From Amphiscolops sp. MND2022 (taxonomy: Eukaryota), in the NCBI GenBank assembly GCA_964187785.1, contig OZ076411.1, positions 44,268,001 through 44,332,000 on the forward strand: DNA of 64,000 bases, given 5' to 3'. Positions 1-10,105 of the stretch are shown here, one piece after another. Below the pieces are notes generated by a model. The model was not told the origin of the DNA and did not search any database. It worked only from the letters and a program-made list of their open reading frames with translations. A program made the position numbers and the translations under genes. How positions within the stretch are numbered: position 1 is the stretch's first letter; the number at the start of each line of letters is the position of its first letter.

Positions 1-436
1 TCGTCCTATACACTTTCAACCTATGCATTTTCAACCGCTGCCATTTCATCCGCGCACAATTTCAACCTATTGCATTTTCAACCGTCCGCAATTTCGACCT
101 ATTAGTTTTGGCTATTTGGTAATCATTCGATTGAGCTATTAATTCAGTTCAATTATTACTAATGAATCAACCAGCCCTAATTAATGGTAATTGTACATGA
201 AGAAGCCAAAAGGTATCAAAATTGCCGTAAAATTAGCAAATTTCAATTCAGAAATGTATGAAAGTTAAAACCACCAAAATAACTATGTAACTAATTAGGA
301 TCCATTAGCCAAAATTAGTTTAGGTCGAAATTGCCGACGGTTGAAAATGCAATTGGTTTAAATTGTAAGCGGTTGAAATGGCAACGGTTGAAATTGCATA
401 GGTTGAAATTGCATAGGATGAAATGTCCTGACACCC
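1..436. mobile_element. Foldback/MITE-like element with long inverted arms built from TTCAACC(TATGCA) subrepeats; left end lies outside the window
   Basis: The reverse complement of ~300-436 (GGGTGTCAGGACATTTCATCCTATGCAATTTCAACC...) aligns with 1-120. The right end is ...GACACCC, the same CACCC terminus as other MITEs in the window. Confidence 0.8.
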
Positions 437-445
437 TTTTTTGAA

Positions 446-990
446 CCAAGAGTGCTGGTCGCTTCTCACGTCATGCTACTCTCAATTCTCTCATAAAGCA
501 GACGTTGGGATCTCTCGACTTGCCTTCAATGCTCGAACCGCGTGGACTGTACCGAACTGATGGCAAACGCCCAGAGGGTGTTACCATGTTTCCTTGGGAA
601 TGGGTAGACAGCTGGTATGGGATGTCATGGTTGTGGATCCTCTTGCACCCAGTCGCCCGAATCAAGGCTCTTTATGCAAACCAGGAACCACCGCGACCGA
701 GGCTGAAGCGCGTAAAATTGAGAAGTATCGCGAATTAAAAGACAATGGTTACATTTTTCAGCCGGTGGCCTTGGAAGTACAGGGTTATTTAGGCGAGGGC
801 AGTGAAATTTTCATCACGCGTCTCTGTAAAATGCTCTGTCGTTCGCACGACAATCAACGTGCTGGCAGCTTTTTGATGCAACGGATTTCAATGGCTCTTC
901 AGATCGGCAATGCGGCCTGTGTTCTAGGAACTGTGAGCTACAAAGATGCGTTCGAAGAAGTTTATTACATATAACCTAAATTTTTTGACC
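446..990 (+). mobile_element. CRE-clade non-LTR retrotransposon, 3' fragment (restriction-like endonuclease domain), frameshifted near 597
   Basis: Translates as SAGRFSRH...[19 protein letters not shown] / GRQLVWDV..DPLA...AEARKIEKY...FQPVALE..G...QRISMALQIGNAACVLGT, the RPDG/PW/WD/KY/QRxSxAxQxGNA pattern of CRE-type endonucleases. Confidence 0.85.
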
Positions 991-1289
991 TTTATATCAT
1001 AGCAGCTTTAAAAAATTCTACCGGTCGACTGCATAGTGGCTGGTTTGAGTAGTTTGTTGGTTTGGTGGCTGGTATGTGGTTCCCCTACATTCGTTGCAGA
1101 CCACGGGTGTGTGTCTTCTCCCCCCAACATGATGATACACATGGCACTTGATTGATGACGAAGATCCATGATATCTGATAGAGAAAGGAAAAAATCTAGC
1201 CAGTACCTGTCGTCAAAAAACGGTTTAGGGCCAAGAAAGAACATTTTACAAGAACATGAAGGAGTTCGGTTTCTAGAACAAGAAGCATA

Positions 1290-1470
1290 CCACGGGGCAC
1301 CAAAGACGTGGGCATCACATACTGGCGGAACTGCGAGGCACATTTGGCAGGGTACTCAGACGCGGATTACGCGAGCTGCAAGGACGACCGCTAAAACGTG
1401 ACTGGATAGTGTTTCAGCTACGGGAGTGGCGCAATCTCGTGGTCAGCGAAAAAACAGACATGCGTCTCAG
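1290..1470 (+). mobile_element. Ty1/copia RNase H N-terminal fragment (duplicate of 9955-10105)
   Basis: An alternative frame reads GTKDVGITYWRNCEAHLAGYSDADYASCKDDR*NVTG*CFSYGSGAISWSAKKQTCVS, matching copia SDADY...SWxSKKQ. It is near-identical to 9955-10105. Confidence 0.85.
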
Positions 1471-1690
1471 AAATTGAGAGCGGGAATAAACTCTTAGAAA
1501 CAATTTCCAAACGTCCAAGAGGACTAACGTCTAAAGAAAGAACCGAAAAATGGAATAACGTCTGAAAGAAGGAACAACGTATAAAAATTGGACTAACGTC
1601 TAATTTTGATGAGTGTCTAAAATCAGACAAAAAATGTCAAAAACATCAAAAAACCATCGAAACAATTCTGATCAAAAAAGCATCAAAACA
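1471..1690. repeat. Arm of a subrepeat (foldback-like) element with TAACGTCT units; duplicate of ~10106-10310
   Basis: Repeated (GAA/GAC)TAACGTCT units; near-identical to 10106-10310. Confidence 0.65.
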
Positions 1691-1968
1691 ATTTTGAAAA
1701 ACGGTAATAGAAGAAGTTAATTTTCGTTGGTGTAGTATATACATATATGATACAATAAAGTATATTATATAAGTATAGCTAACATTTTTCCATTGGTAAT
1801 TATCTAGACCAAAGGGGGACCCTCCAAAATAGAAATACTAAGACGGGGGAGGACCTCCTTACACAGGACATTACACAAAAACTATATTAGCCAGACACTC
1901 ACTCTTTATTCGGTTTTGGATGTTACGGAGACTTTTGCAAAGCTCTCGACTTTCGCATATCTCGTAAT

Positions 1969-2478
1969 GGGTGGGCGCAAATAGGTCGAAGGAACAGGAT
2001 CGAAAATCAGAGTTAGTCCTTGGGTCGACATACCAAATTTTTGAATGGGATCGAAACAACTCGGATCGAAATTTTGATTTTTGGGAAACGAATCGAATTG
2101 CCGCAGATAGAATTTTCTAGAAATGTATAAAACGTGTCTCGGATATGTCCCCATTTCCTCTAGTGCCCCGCGGCCCCTTGGGGCCGTTCATGTTCCCATC
2201 TTGCTAAGAGAGGTAGAACAGGAGCAAAGACCTAGCAGGAACGGAGATCGGGAAGCGACTGTAGTGGGAGCTGGTCTTTGGGACGGTAATGGCGAGCGTG
2301 CATACACAGCATATGTCCCACATTTTGATAGCCAATCGACTTGAGGCAAACAAAGAACGTTTTCGACCCGAACGTTTCGATCAAACTCGGCCGCACTCCA
2401 TTCGATCCTTGAAATTCAATCGAAAGGTTCGACCTCTGTCAATTGGACCAGAAAAATTCGACCTATTTACAGCCACCC
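1969..2478 (+). mobile_element. Non-autonomous TIR element (MULE-like MITE family M), copy 1, carrying cassette B
   Basis: 22-bp imperfect TIRs GGGTGGGCGCAAATAGGTCGAA / TTCGACCTATTTACAGCCACCC; perfect 9-bp TSD TCTCGTAAT (1960-1968 and 2479-2487). A 9-bp TSD points to the Mutator superfamily. Confidence 0.85.
2125..2324 (+). repeat. Short structured dispersed repeat, cassette B, copy 1
   Basis: GATATGTCCCCATTTCCTCTAGTGCCCCGCGGCCCCTTGGGGCCG...GCAAAGACC...GGTCTTTG...GCGAGCGTGCATAC; five copies in the window. Confidence 0.85.
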
Positions 2479-5268
2479 TCTCGTAATCAGGAGGCAAATG
2501 GTTTTTCCTCAGAAGGTGATTCAGTAGTAACGTTCCACGATACTTCAGAGACTGTCGTTGAACTTCCAAACCTAGCTGCGGTACATGAAACATATTGGTG
2601 CTAACATTTCGTGTGAAAGTCGATGAGCTCTTATGTGTGAAGAGACTTTCTACATTTTTATCAGTTTTGCCTCTCGTTGAATGAACGGCATATTTCAAAA
2701 GTTCACAAACATTCACAAACATAGAGATCATAAACATTCATTATACTGCTTCGTTTGAACAGCTCATCGGATTCGAAGAAAACATTTCGAAGTACTTTCT
2801 TTTGGAGCAAAAGTATGTCCTTCAATTTACTTTCCTTCGTGAAACCGTATACTAAAAGACCTTATTGGGTGATAGGCTTCATGTAAATGTTATAATATCT
2901 GATCACTATTGAACTTTTACAAAAATGTCTCAACCGCATTATCACTGATACATGTTTAGCCAATTTACCAAGTACACTTTGAACATGGACTTCGGAAATC
3001 AGATTTTTATCCAAGTGAAGGTCGTAGGTCAGTCTATCACAAATCACATCAAGACTAACCTTCAAAACTTCAGCAGTTACACCATCTAATCCCGCCGCAT
3101 TGTGGTTCTTGAGGTTGTGTACAATTTTAGAGATTTCCAGGGAATCAGTTGGATTGAAAAAGAGAAACTTCTCATTATTACATAATCCTTCAGTAGTAAA
3201 TGGAACAGTGGGAATTGAAGTAGCTAAAGTTTTGCTAATCGAAACGAACTACTCATTGAACACGTTTGATACGGCAAACTCATCAGTGTTCAATTTCTTT
3301 TCAGTGTCTGTGATTATAAAATTACTTTTCTCCTTCTGTCTACCAGTTAGTCGATTCAATTCGATGAAAAGGCGTTTTTGCGAATTCAAGAAACGGGTAA
3401 GTCGATTATCAAAGTATTCTCGTTTCTTCGACCGCATGAGTTCGCAGACGCGACTTCTCATTTTTGTGTATTTAGCTTTGTTACACGGAGTGCGATATCG
3501 CTTGTATCTGTTAAACGCGAAATTTCGTCGGATTATGCTTTTCTTTACATCTTTGTTAAACCAAGGTTTATTTGATTTTGTAACCTTTCTTTTTTCTTTG
3601 AAAGTGAAAACGTTGACGACTGTTGTGAGTGCATCAGCCAGACTTTCAGTTAACCTATCGACGTCCTGTCCTAAATTTGACAGTTCCAGACAATGCCTTG
3701 AGTAGTTTAGGTAATTCTCTTTATGATACCCATTTCGAAGAAATGGCTTTTTTGGCCTGGTTTGTTGAAAACGAATGGATTGAAAATTTGTTATATCCAA
3801 TTGAACATAGGTTGCATAATGATCTGTAATGTTGGTAGGTTTTTTTATACCTTGATAGGTAGGTTCTTGACGCGTAGGTTCTTGACTCGTAGGTTCTTTT
3901 ATACCTTGATAACACCCATTCAATTTCAAAGAGATTAAATACTTATTACCCAATCGCAGATGTTTACAGTAGATCGATATTCATGTCACCAACAAATAAA
4001 CATTTGCTAATATGACAACAAGTTTCAAGAAGAAGAAGAAGTTCTAATTGCTCCAAGAAGTTTTGTTTATTGACCGAAGGGGGATTGTATAAACAAACTA
4101 CATTAATTTTCTCCTTCATTAGATTGGTACAACTAATTGCAATGTAATTCAAATCAATTCCAATGTCAAATTCTAGTATTTCAAAAGATAGTGATTCATG
4201 GACGTATATTGCCACACCTTCATTTATAGTTTTTCCTGGTTGAATTTTCATTGGTGCATAATTATCTAAGACATAGAGGTCTTCAGCGGATGATTCAACC
4301 ATCCACGTTTCGGAGCAACAATCTAGGGATGTTTTATTGACTCCAAACGATTCTATCAATGTTTCTAATTCCTCGAAATGGTTGCCAATTGATCTCACAT
4401 TTAGGTGAAAAATCCACTCGTTTTCAACATTATCAGAAATAACAGTTTTGCATTTTTTTTCACGTTTCCGTTGTAATTTTTTTACGTTTTATTGTATAAA
4501 TGAGAGGGCCCCCTATCAAAAATGTAAGCTCGTCTTGCAAACAGTATATATGAAATCTGGACGCCATTCATATAAATTGACCAGGTTTTCAAAAGTAATT
4601 TTAGATTCATCAGTTTTTATAAAAGACTACTTTCTCATTTAACATGGCCACAGATTTGATCTCGGCTCGCAATCTTAACGCTTCAGCTAATCGCGCCCTG
4701 AACAAGGTGATGTCGTTGTTGATAAAGATTTTCTCTTCACATTCTTTCAGTGATTTTTTGTTCGCTATCAGCCCAATTTCTGTTTGTCAGCGTACAAATT
4801 TCACCATGATAGGGCGCCCTTCATATTTTTTCCGCTAGGTACCCGGTGACATATGCTGATGTCTGTTTTTGAAATTTGATGTCCCACTTTCATAGCAACA
4901 TCAACAACTTTTTGGTAGACATCCTCGTCGGCTTCTTCTTTCACTCCGAATATTCTGACATTATCTCGCCTTCCATACTGCTCGATAGAATCAGCATTGA
5001 ATCGGCTGGAAAGTTTACCAGTAATTGGGGATTGCTCGGAGTCTTGGGACTGCTTCTCACGGAGCTCCGAGACCTCAGAAGTTGCACAGAAGCCACACAA
5101 AAAAGGACTATTCATGAAACTTTTGGGTATTTGTTTTGGATATTTTTTTTGGATCCACGCCACACAGCTCTTTCCATTTTGCCCTTTTCCTGTAGATTCA
5201 ATCAGGTGTGACGAGCCCTCATCTTCATCTTGACTGGATGATGCCATTCTAGTAGAAGGCATGTTTCT

Positions 5269-5301
5269 CTATTTAATACGTTTATCACAACAATTAGGCT
5301 T
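5269..5301 (-). other. 33-nt spliced-leader-like sequence at the LINE 5' end (AAGCCTAATTGTTGTGATAAACGTATTAAATAG)
   Basis: Identical over 33 nt to 56511-56543, with unrelated flanks on both sides. Ends in AG 6 nt before the ORF1 ATG. The spliced-leader identity is an inference. Confidence 0.55.
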
Positions 5302-5449
5302 GTGAATGACTTTCGAAATCGGAAAAACGCCCATAAGATCTATACATCATAAAAACACTTCTGAAATACGAGATTAGAGTAATATATTGAGAGAAATTTG
5401 AGTCAATTAGGATCTGCAATGAAAAAGTGGAATGAAGTGTATATCGTGA

Positions 5450-5595
5450 CTCGGATATGTCCCCATTTCCTCTAGCGTCCGCGGCTACTTATGTTCTCAT
5501 CTTGCTAAGCGAGGTCGAACAGGAGGAGAGACTTAGTCGGAACTGAGCTGTTCTTTGCGACAGTGAGGGCGAGCGTGCTTACGAAGCATATGTGA
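5450..5595 (+). repeat. Cassette B, copy 2 (GC hairpin deleted)
   Basis: Matches cassette B, but CCCCTTGGGGCCG is replaced by a short variant shared with copy 3. Confidence 0.8.
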
Positions 5596-6125
5596 TGAAC
5601 TTGTTAGTCTCATATTTTGCATGGCAAAGGTTGATGTTGATCATGGAAGATGCATAAAGTGTGCAAGGAATGCTAGAGTGTGATGAGCGAAAATGGGGCA
5701 GTCTTCAAATGTCGTGCAATTGTGTGATGCATCTTAACGAGTGTGCAGGGGTATCAAAGAGGTCACAAGTCACTTTGCTTCAAGTCATTTGACCTAATTT
5801 TTTTGTCGAGTAATTTCGCTCACAATTTTCATGCCAAATCACCACAAAATGAGGTCGAGTCCATTCTGGTGAAACAATGGCTAAAAGCAACTTATTCACG
5901 ACCAAAACTTCGTCTCAGATCTGGATGGCTGAACCGACAGCCGATGAAAGGATTGAGGTCGAAATGGATGGCAGGCTAGACAGGTACCGTCCAGACAGTG
6001 AACTAAGTTTAACTTTTTCTGGCACCAGCTGTGACATGTAAACATTAGTATAAACATCGCATGCAATGTCGTTTGTGTCATTCCAACAATCAATTCAATG
6101 AATAACCACTGCATCAATTTTGAGA

Positions 6126-6138
6126 CGTTATGGACCCA
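6126..6138 (+). promoter_or_regulatory. Candidate copia primer-binding site of the internal tRNA-iMet (half-tRNA) type
   Basis: CGTTATGGACCCA is 11/13 identical to GGTTATGGGCCCA, the Drosophila copia-type PBS, and lies ~130 nt upstream of gag. Confidence 0.5.
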
Positions 6139-7346
6139 CACCATAACTTACATACAACGACGACGACCAACTCCACCTCGGTACGATTACAGCCTTACCA
6201 GCCAAGATCTACCAGTTGACGTGGAGCCAAGCAGTCAGCAGCTGAGACGATAGCCACCCACTCGAAGTTGGAGAAGCTCTCCTTCTCTGGCATGGACGAG
6301 GATTTTGCGGCGTTCAGCGAGCAGTTCGAGGCGTGGATGCACATGTCAAACAAGAGGAAGTGCCTCGAGGACAAGCTGACTGTGCCTGTCTACAAACAAG
6401 ACGAGACGAGGGGAGATAAAACTGCGAGGGTCAAAGCAGAGGACGAGCGCAAGAAGCAGCGTTTCATGATATGGTGCGAGCTTTTGCAGTGCTTGGACAA
6501 GGCCTCAATCAATTTCATCCGCATTCACAAGCCAGACGGGTGGAAGCCTGGAAATCCGTTTTGAGGAAGCACCGCAGCACCGAGAGGCCCCAAATCCAGA
6601 CATTGCTCACTCAGCTGGCTGAATTGAAGATGGCAACAGGGGAGAAGGTGACCGACTACCTCACCCGTCTGGACGACCGTCAAGAAGCAGGCGAGATGAC
6701 TTCCAATGCGATTTTCAGCGCAATGGTGGTAAAGGGCCTTCCTCCAACTTTTGAAAGCATCGCGACTGTTCTCAACTTCGGACCACGAAAGGGCTACGAG
6801 GAGATGAAGCAGGACCTCATGAACTTAGCCAACACGAGGCCAGAACCTTGCACTGACATGGGTTCAACTGCCTTTCAACTCAAGCGGGGGCAACACCAGC
6901 AGCAGGAAGATCACGTGCTTCAAGTGCCAAAAGGAGGAAAACAAGGCGAGCGACTGCAGATCAAAGGAAAACAGCGCGTGCTTAAAGTGCAATACGAAAA
7001 GCTATCTTGCAAGAGATTGCAAGAGCAAAAAGTGTCAGTCCAGTGGTACCAGCAGGGGTCCAGAAAAGCAAGGCGTCTTGAGCTTCGGAAGCTTCGAAGG
7101 GGCTTCAAAGGAAGAAGTACTCGAGCTATCTGTGGATTCGGGTTGCAACGGGTTCATGCTGAAGACCGGGTCTCTCTTCAAAGACCTCGACGAGGCTCTC
7201 AACACCAATTTGGGCCATGCCAACGGGAGTCCAACACGAGTGGAAGGTAGAGGCACAGCAAGGGCAGGATATGTGAGCTCGAGCTGAAGCAGGCCTTTTG
7301 GGTACCCACCTACACCCGCAACCTGAAATCGGTGAAAAAGCTAGCA

Positions 7347-7541
7347 GATTCTGGACGTTTCGGTGACAGACATTTCGGCGACAAAAGTGTCGCCGAAACG
7401 TCCGCGGCCATATTGTCGTCGAAACGTCTGTCGCCGAAACGTCTGTCACCGAAACGTCTGTCGACGAAACGTCTGTCGTCGAAACGTCTGTCGCCGAAAC
7501 GTCTGTCGCCGAAACGTCTGTCGCCGAAACGTCTTGTTCCC
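7347..7541. mobile_element. Small foldback/MITE made of 15-bp GAAACGTCTGTCGCC units, inserted in copia pol
   Basis: Seven full units plus a partial one (7421-7534) face two inverted units (~7355-7383); the element ends in ...GTTCCC. Copia frame NLKSVKKL...LEQGAMLRFG resumes after it. No convincing TSD. Confidence 0.75.
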
Positions 7542-10105
7542 ACTGGAGCAGGGTGCAATGTTGAGGTTCGGGTAGGAAGCCAACATCATGACACAAGACG
7601 GGATTCTTTTTCTTTTGGTTTGTACCAGTGATGACTTACACATTTTCGTGTCCTTCCTTTTGTGTGTAACCTTGGACCAAGAGCGCTCCCAGTGAGACGT
7701 CTCCCAGGCATTGCACAAGGAAGTGGACGCGCAAGGGTTGGCCACCCTGGTTGAGCAGCCATGCAGCCCAAAGCAGAACCCTGGTTCAGTGGCACAGGGC
7801 GGTGGGACACAACAACTTCAATGATGTGCCACGGCTAACGAAGCTAGTCGATGGCATGAATATCGACGCTGCAGCAAGGTATTGTGACACATGCGCGGAA
7901 GAAAAGGCCAAGCGGGCACCTGTGAACGAAGCATTGGACACCAGAGCGAAAAAGAAGCTGAACATTGTTCACACTGATGTGTTGGGGCCAATACAACAGA
8001 AGTCATTTGAAGGTTTTTGATATGCAATCGGGTTCATTGACAGCTACTCTCGATATGTTGTCATATACCCATTGCGGACACGAGACGAGGTCTTTGAGAA
8101 GCCAGAACTCTTCACTGAGGATGTGGGCTCACCTGGAACAATTGTCCCAGACGGGGCACAAGAGTTCAAATCACAAGGTTTCAACGAGGCGACTCGCAAG
8201 AATGGCCGCCGTCAGGAGTACTCAACGCTTTACACTCCACAGAAAAATGGCAAAAACGAGCGCTTGTGGGGCACTGTCACAGGAATGGCGAGGTGCTTGC
8301 TCGATACGGCGGGTCTGCCAAAAAACTCTGGCCTTATTCTTTGGCTACATGTTTCTATGTCGAAAACAGATGTTTCCACTATGCCCGCAACAATGCACCG
8401 TATCAAATATCATTTGGCGAGTGGGCAAAAGTTAGCGAGATGCAACCTTGTGGATGTCGAGCGTTTGCACTCACCAAAAACAGAAAGAGACTGGACAGCA
8501 AGGCTCAAACGGAGACCTTTCTGGGCTACTCGAGCAGGAGCAAGTGGTTCATCGTGTACACTGAAGATGGATTTCTCGAGCAAGAGCCGGGCAAGATGTG
8601 GATATCAAGGAATGTGGCGTTCAACATGGACTGCTTCCCAGGAGCCTTTACATCTGTCGACAGAGACTTGCCTCACGATCGATGCGTGGAGAAGACATTT
8701 CATTATGAAACTGGTCTACACGACGTGAAGGGTTCCCCAGATGTTGGGAAAGCAGAAGTAGCCGCCGAACCAATTCCAAACACTGGACACGTGGACGACG
8801 AGCACCACAACACACAGCCGCAGAGGAACGACCCAGAGCGACTGCGGAGGAATGTCAGACAGCCTCGACGACTCGATGTTTTTTCTGACAGGGGGTTGAG
8901 CTCGAGAACCTGGCACTACACAGCGAGGCATTGGTGAAATCGACAGTCCAGTGTCCGCGGTCGACGCTCTGGCTGACCCTAACTGGGAAGCAGCGATGAA
9001 GCGAGAATACGATTCTTTGATGACGAACGTTGTGTGGTCTCTGGATTCACGGCCAACGGAGCGACAGCCAATCACTGGAACGTAGAAAATACCACTTTGC
9101 GGTGAAAGTCAACGACGACGGCACGTTTTGTGGTGCGGGGCTTCACGCAGACACCTGGCGTAGACTACCACGAGACGTACTCACCAATGGCCAGACTGTC
9201 AACATTGAAGACAGTGTTCGCGTGCAGCGTGAGAGAGGCCATCAAGTTCCGGCATATGGACATGAAGACAGCATACCTGAACGCACCGATAGGCGAAGAG
9301 ATTTTTCTGGAGCAACCAGAAGGGTTCAAGCAGGGCGACGACGATAGTCTGTAAACTGAAAAAATCGTTGTACGGGCTCAAACAGTCAGGGCGCAACTGG
9401 TACGAGTGCCTAGCGAATCGACTGGAGCAGCTGGGGTTTCACTTTTTGCGGCACAACATGTGTCTTTGGACACAAAAAAGGACCGACCGTCATTTCTGGG
9501 CTTTGATTTGGGTTGACAACATCGTCTACGGTTCAACCGACGAGGATTTTGGACAAGGATTTGAGCCAGAGGTGAGCAAACAGTTCACAATTGGCTCTCT
9601 TGTGTGGTTCCTGGGCATCGAATTAATAGCGGAGCAATACGATTTGACGTTGAGCCACCAGCTGTACATACCAAACTTGCTGACGAACTCCGGAATGCTT
9701 AACTGCAAGTTTGCTTTCACACCCCCAGCAGAGAAATGTGCACTCAACAAAGACGACCAGCCGGAAGACGGCTCAGAGGATGCTTCTAGGATAGGTGGAT
9801 GCAACTACCGAGGACTAGTGGGAAGCATCTCCTTTCTGGCGATGACGACGTGACCTGTCCTGCCATTTGCAGCTCAACTCCTGTCGAGGTTCCTCAACAA
9901 ACCTAATCTGGTTCACTGTCAGGCGGCGAAATATGTGTTGCGGTACCTCGCATTCCACGGGGCACCGAAGACGTGGGCATCACATACTGGCGGAACTGCG
10001 AGGCACATTTGACAGGGTGCTCAGACGCGGATTACGCGAGCTGCAAGGACGTTTCCGCTACGGGAGTGGCACAATCTCGTGATCAGCGAAAAAACAGACA
10101 TGCGT

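Larger units (their letters stand above)
1720..5301 (-). mobile_element. CR1/L2-like LINE, apparently 5'-complete, with the RT core internally deleted; interrupted by a MITE at 1969-2478
   Basis: ORF1 (5262 to ~4620): EQYGRRDNVRIFGV.E...DISICHRV. APE (~4450-3964): CSETW, GVAIYV, CLYNPP, VGDMNIDLL. Then tether, RT domain 0 (AAGLDGVTAEVLK) and C-terminal region (HLDKN...HV...KL..RLRHF...YYN.Y.KP..YG). The ORF continues across the MITE to 1871. The 3' boundary is approximate. Confidence 0.85.
5602..10105 (+). mobile_element. Degenerate Ty1/copia LTR retrotransposon (gag-PR-IN-RT-partial RH); 3' end and 3' LTR absent; 5' boundary approximate
   Basis: Gag from ~6268. Protease LSVDSGCNGFM (~7125); integrase WHRAVGH..CDTC and VHTDVLGP (7790-7990); RT HMDMKTAYLN..EIFLEQPEGF, LYGLKQSGRNW, IWVDNIV (9250-9540); RH SDADY at ~10020. 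The order PR-IN-RT-RH is copia-type. Many stops and frameshifts. Confidence 0.9.

Noticed and set aside
2123-2344. Short ORFs overlapping cassettes B and C (also 57510-57707, 55981-56175, 57725-57946)
   Set aside because: Incidental frames in GC-rich non-coding repeats; indels between copies do not preserve frame.
7421-7534. 15-bp repeat array (and the 46-bp array at 55053-55236) as a CRISPR array
   Set aside because: Head-to-tail repeats without unique spacers, no cas genes, and a eukaryotic context.
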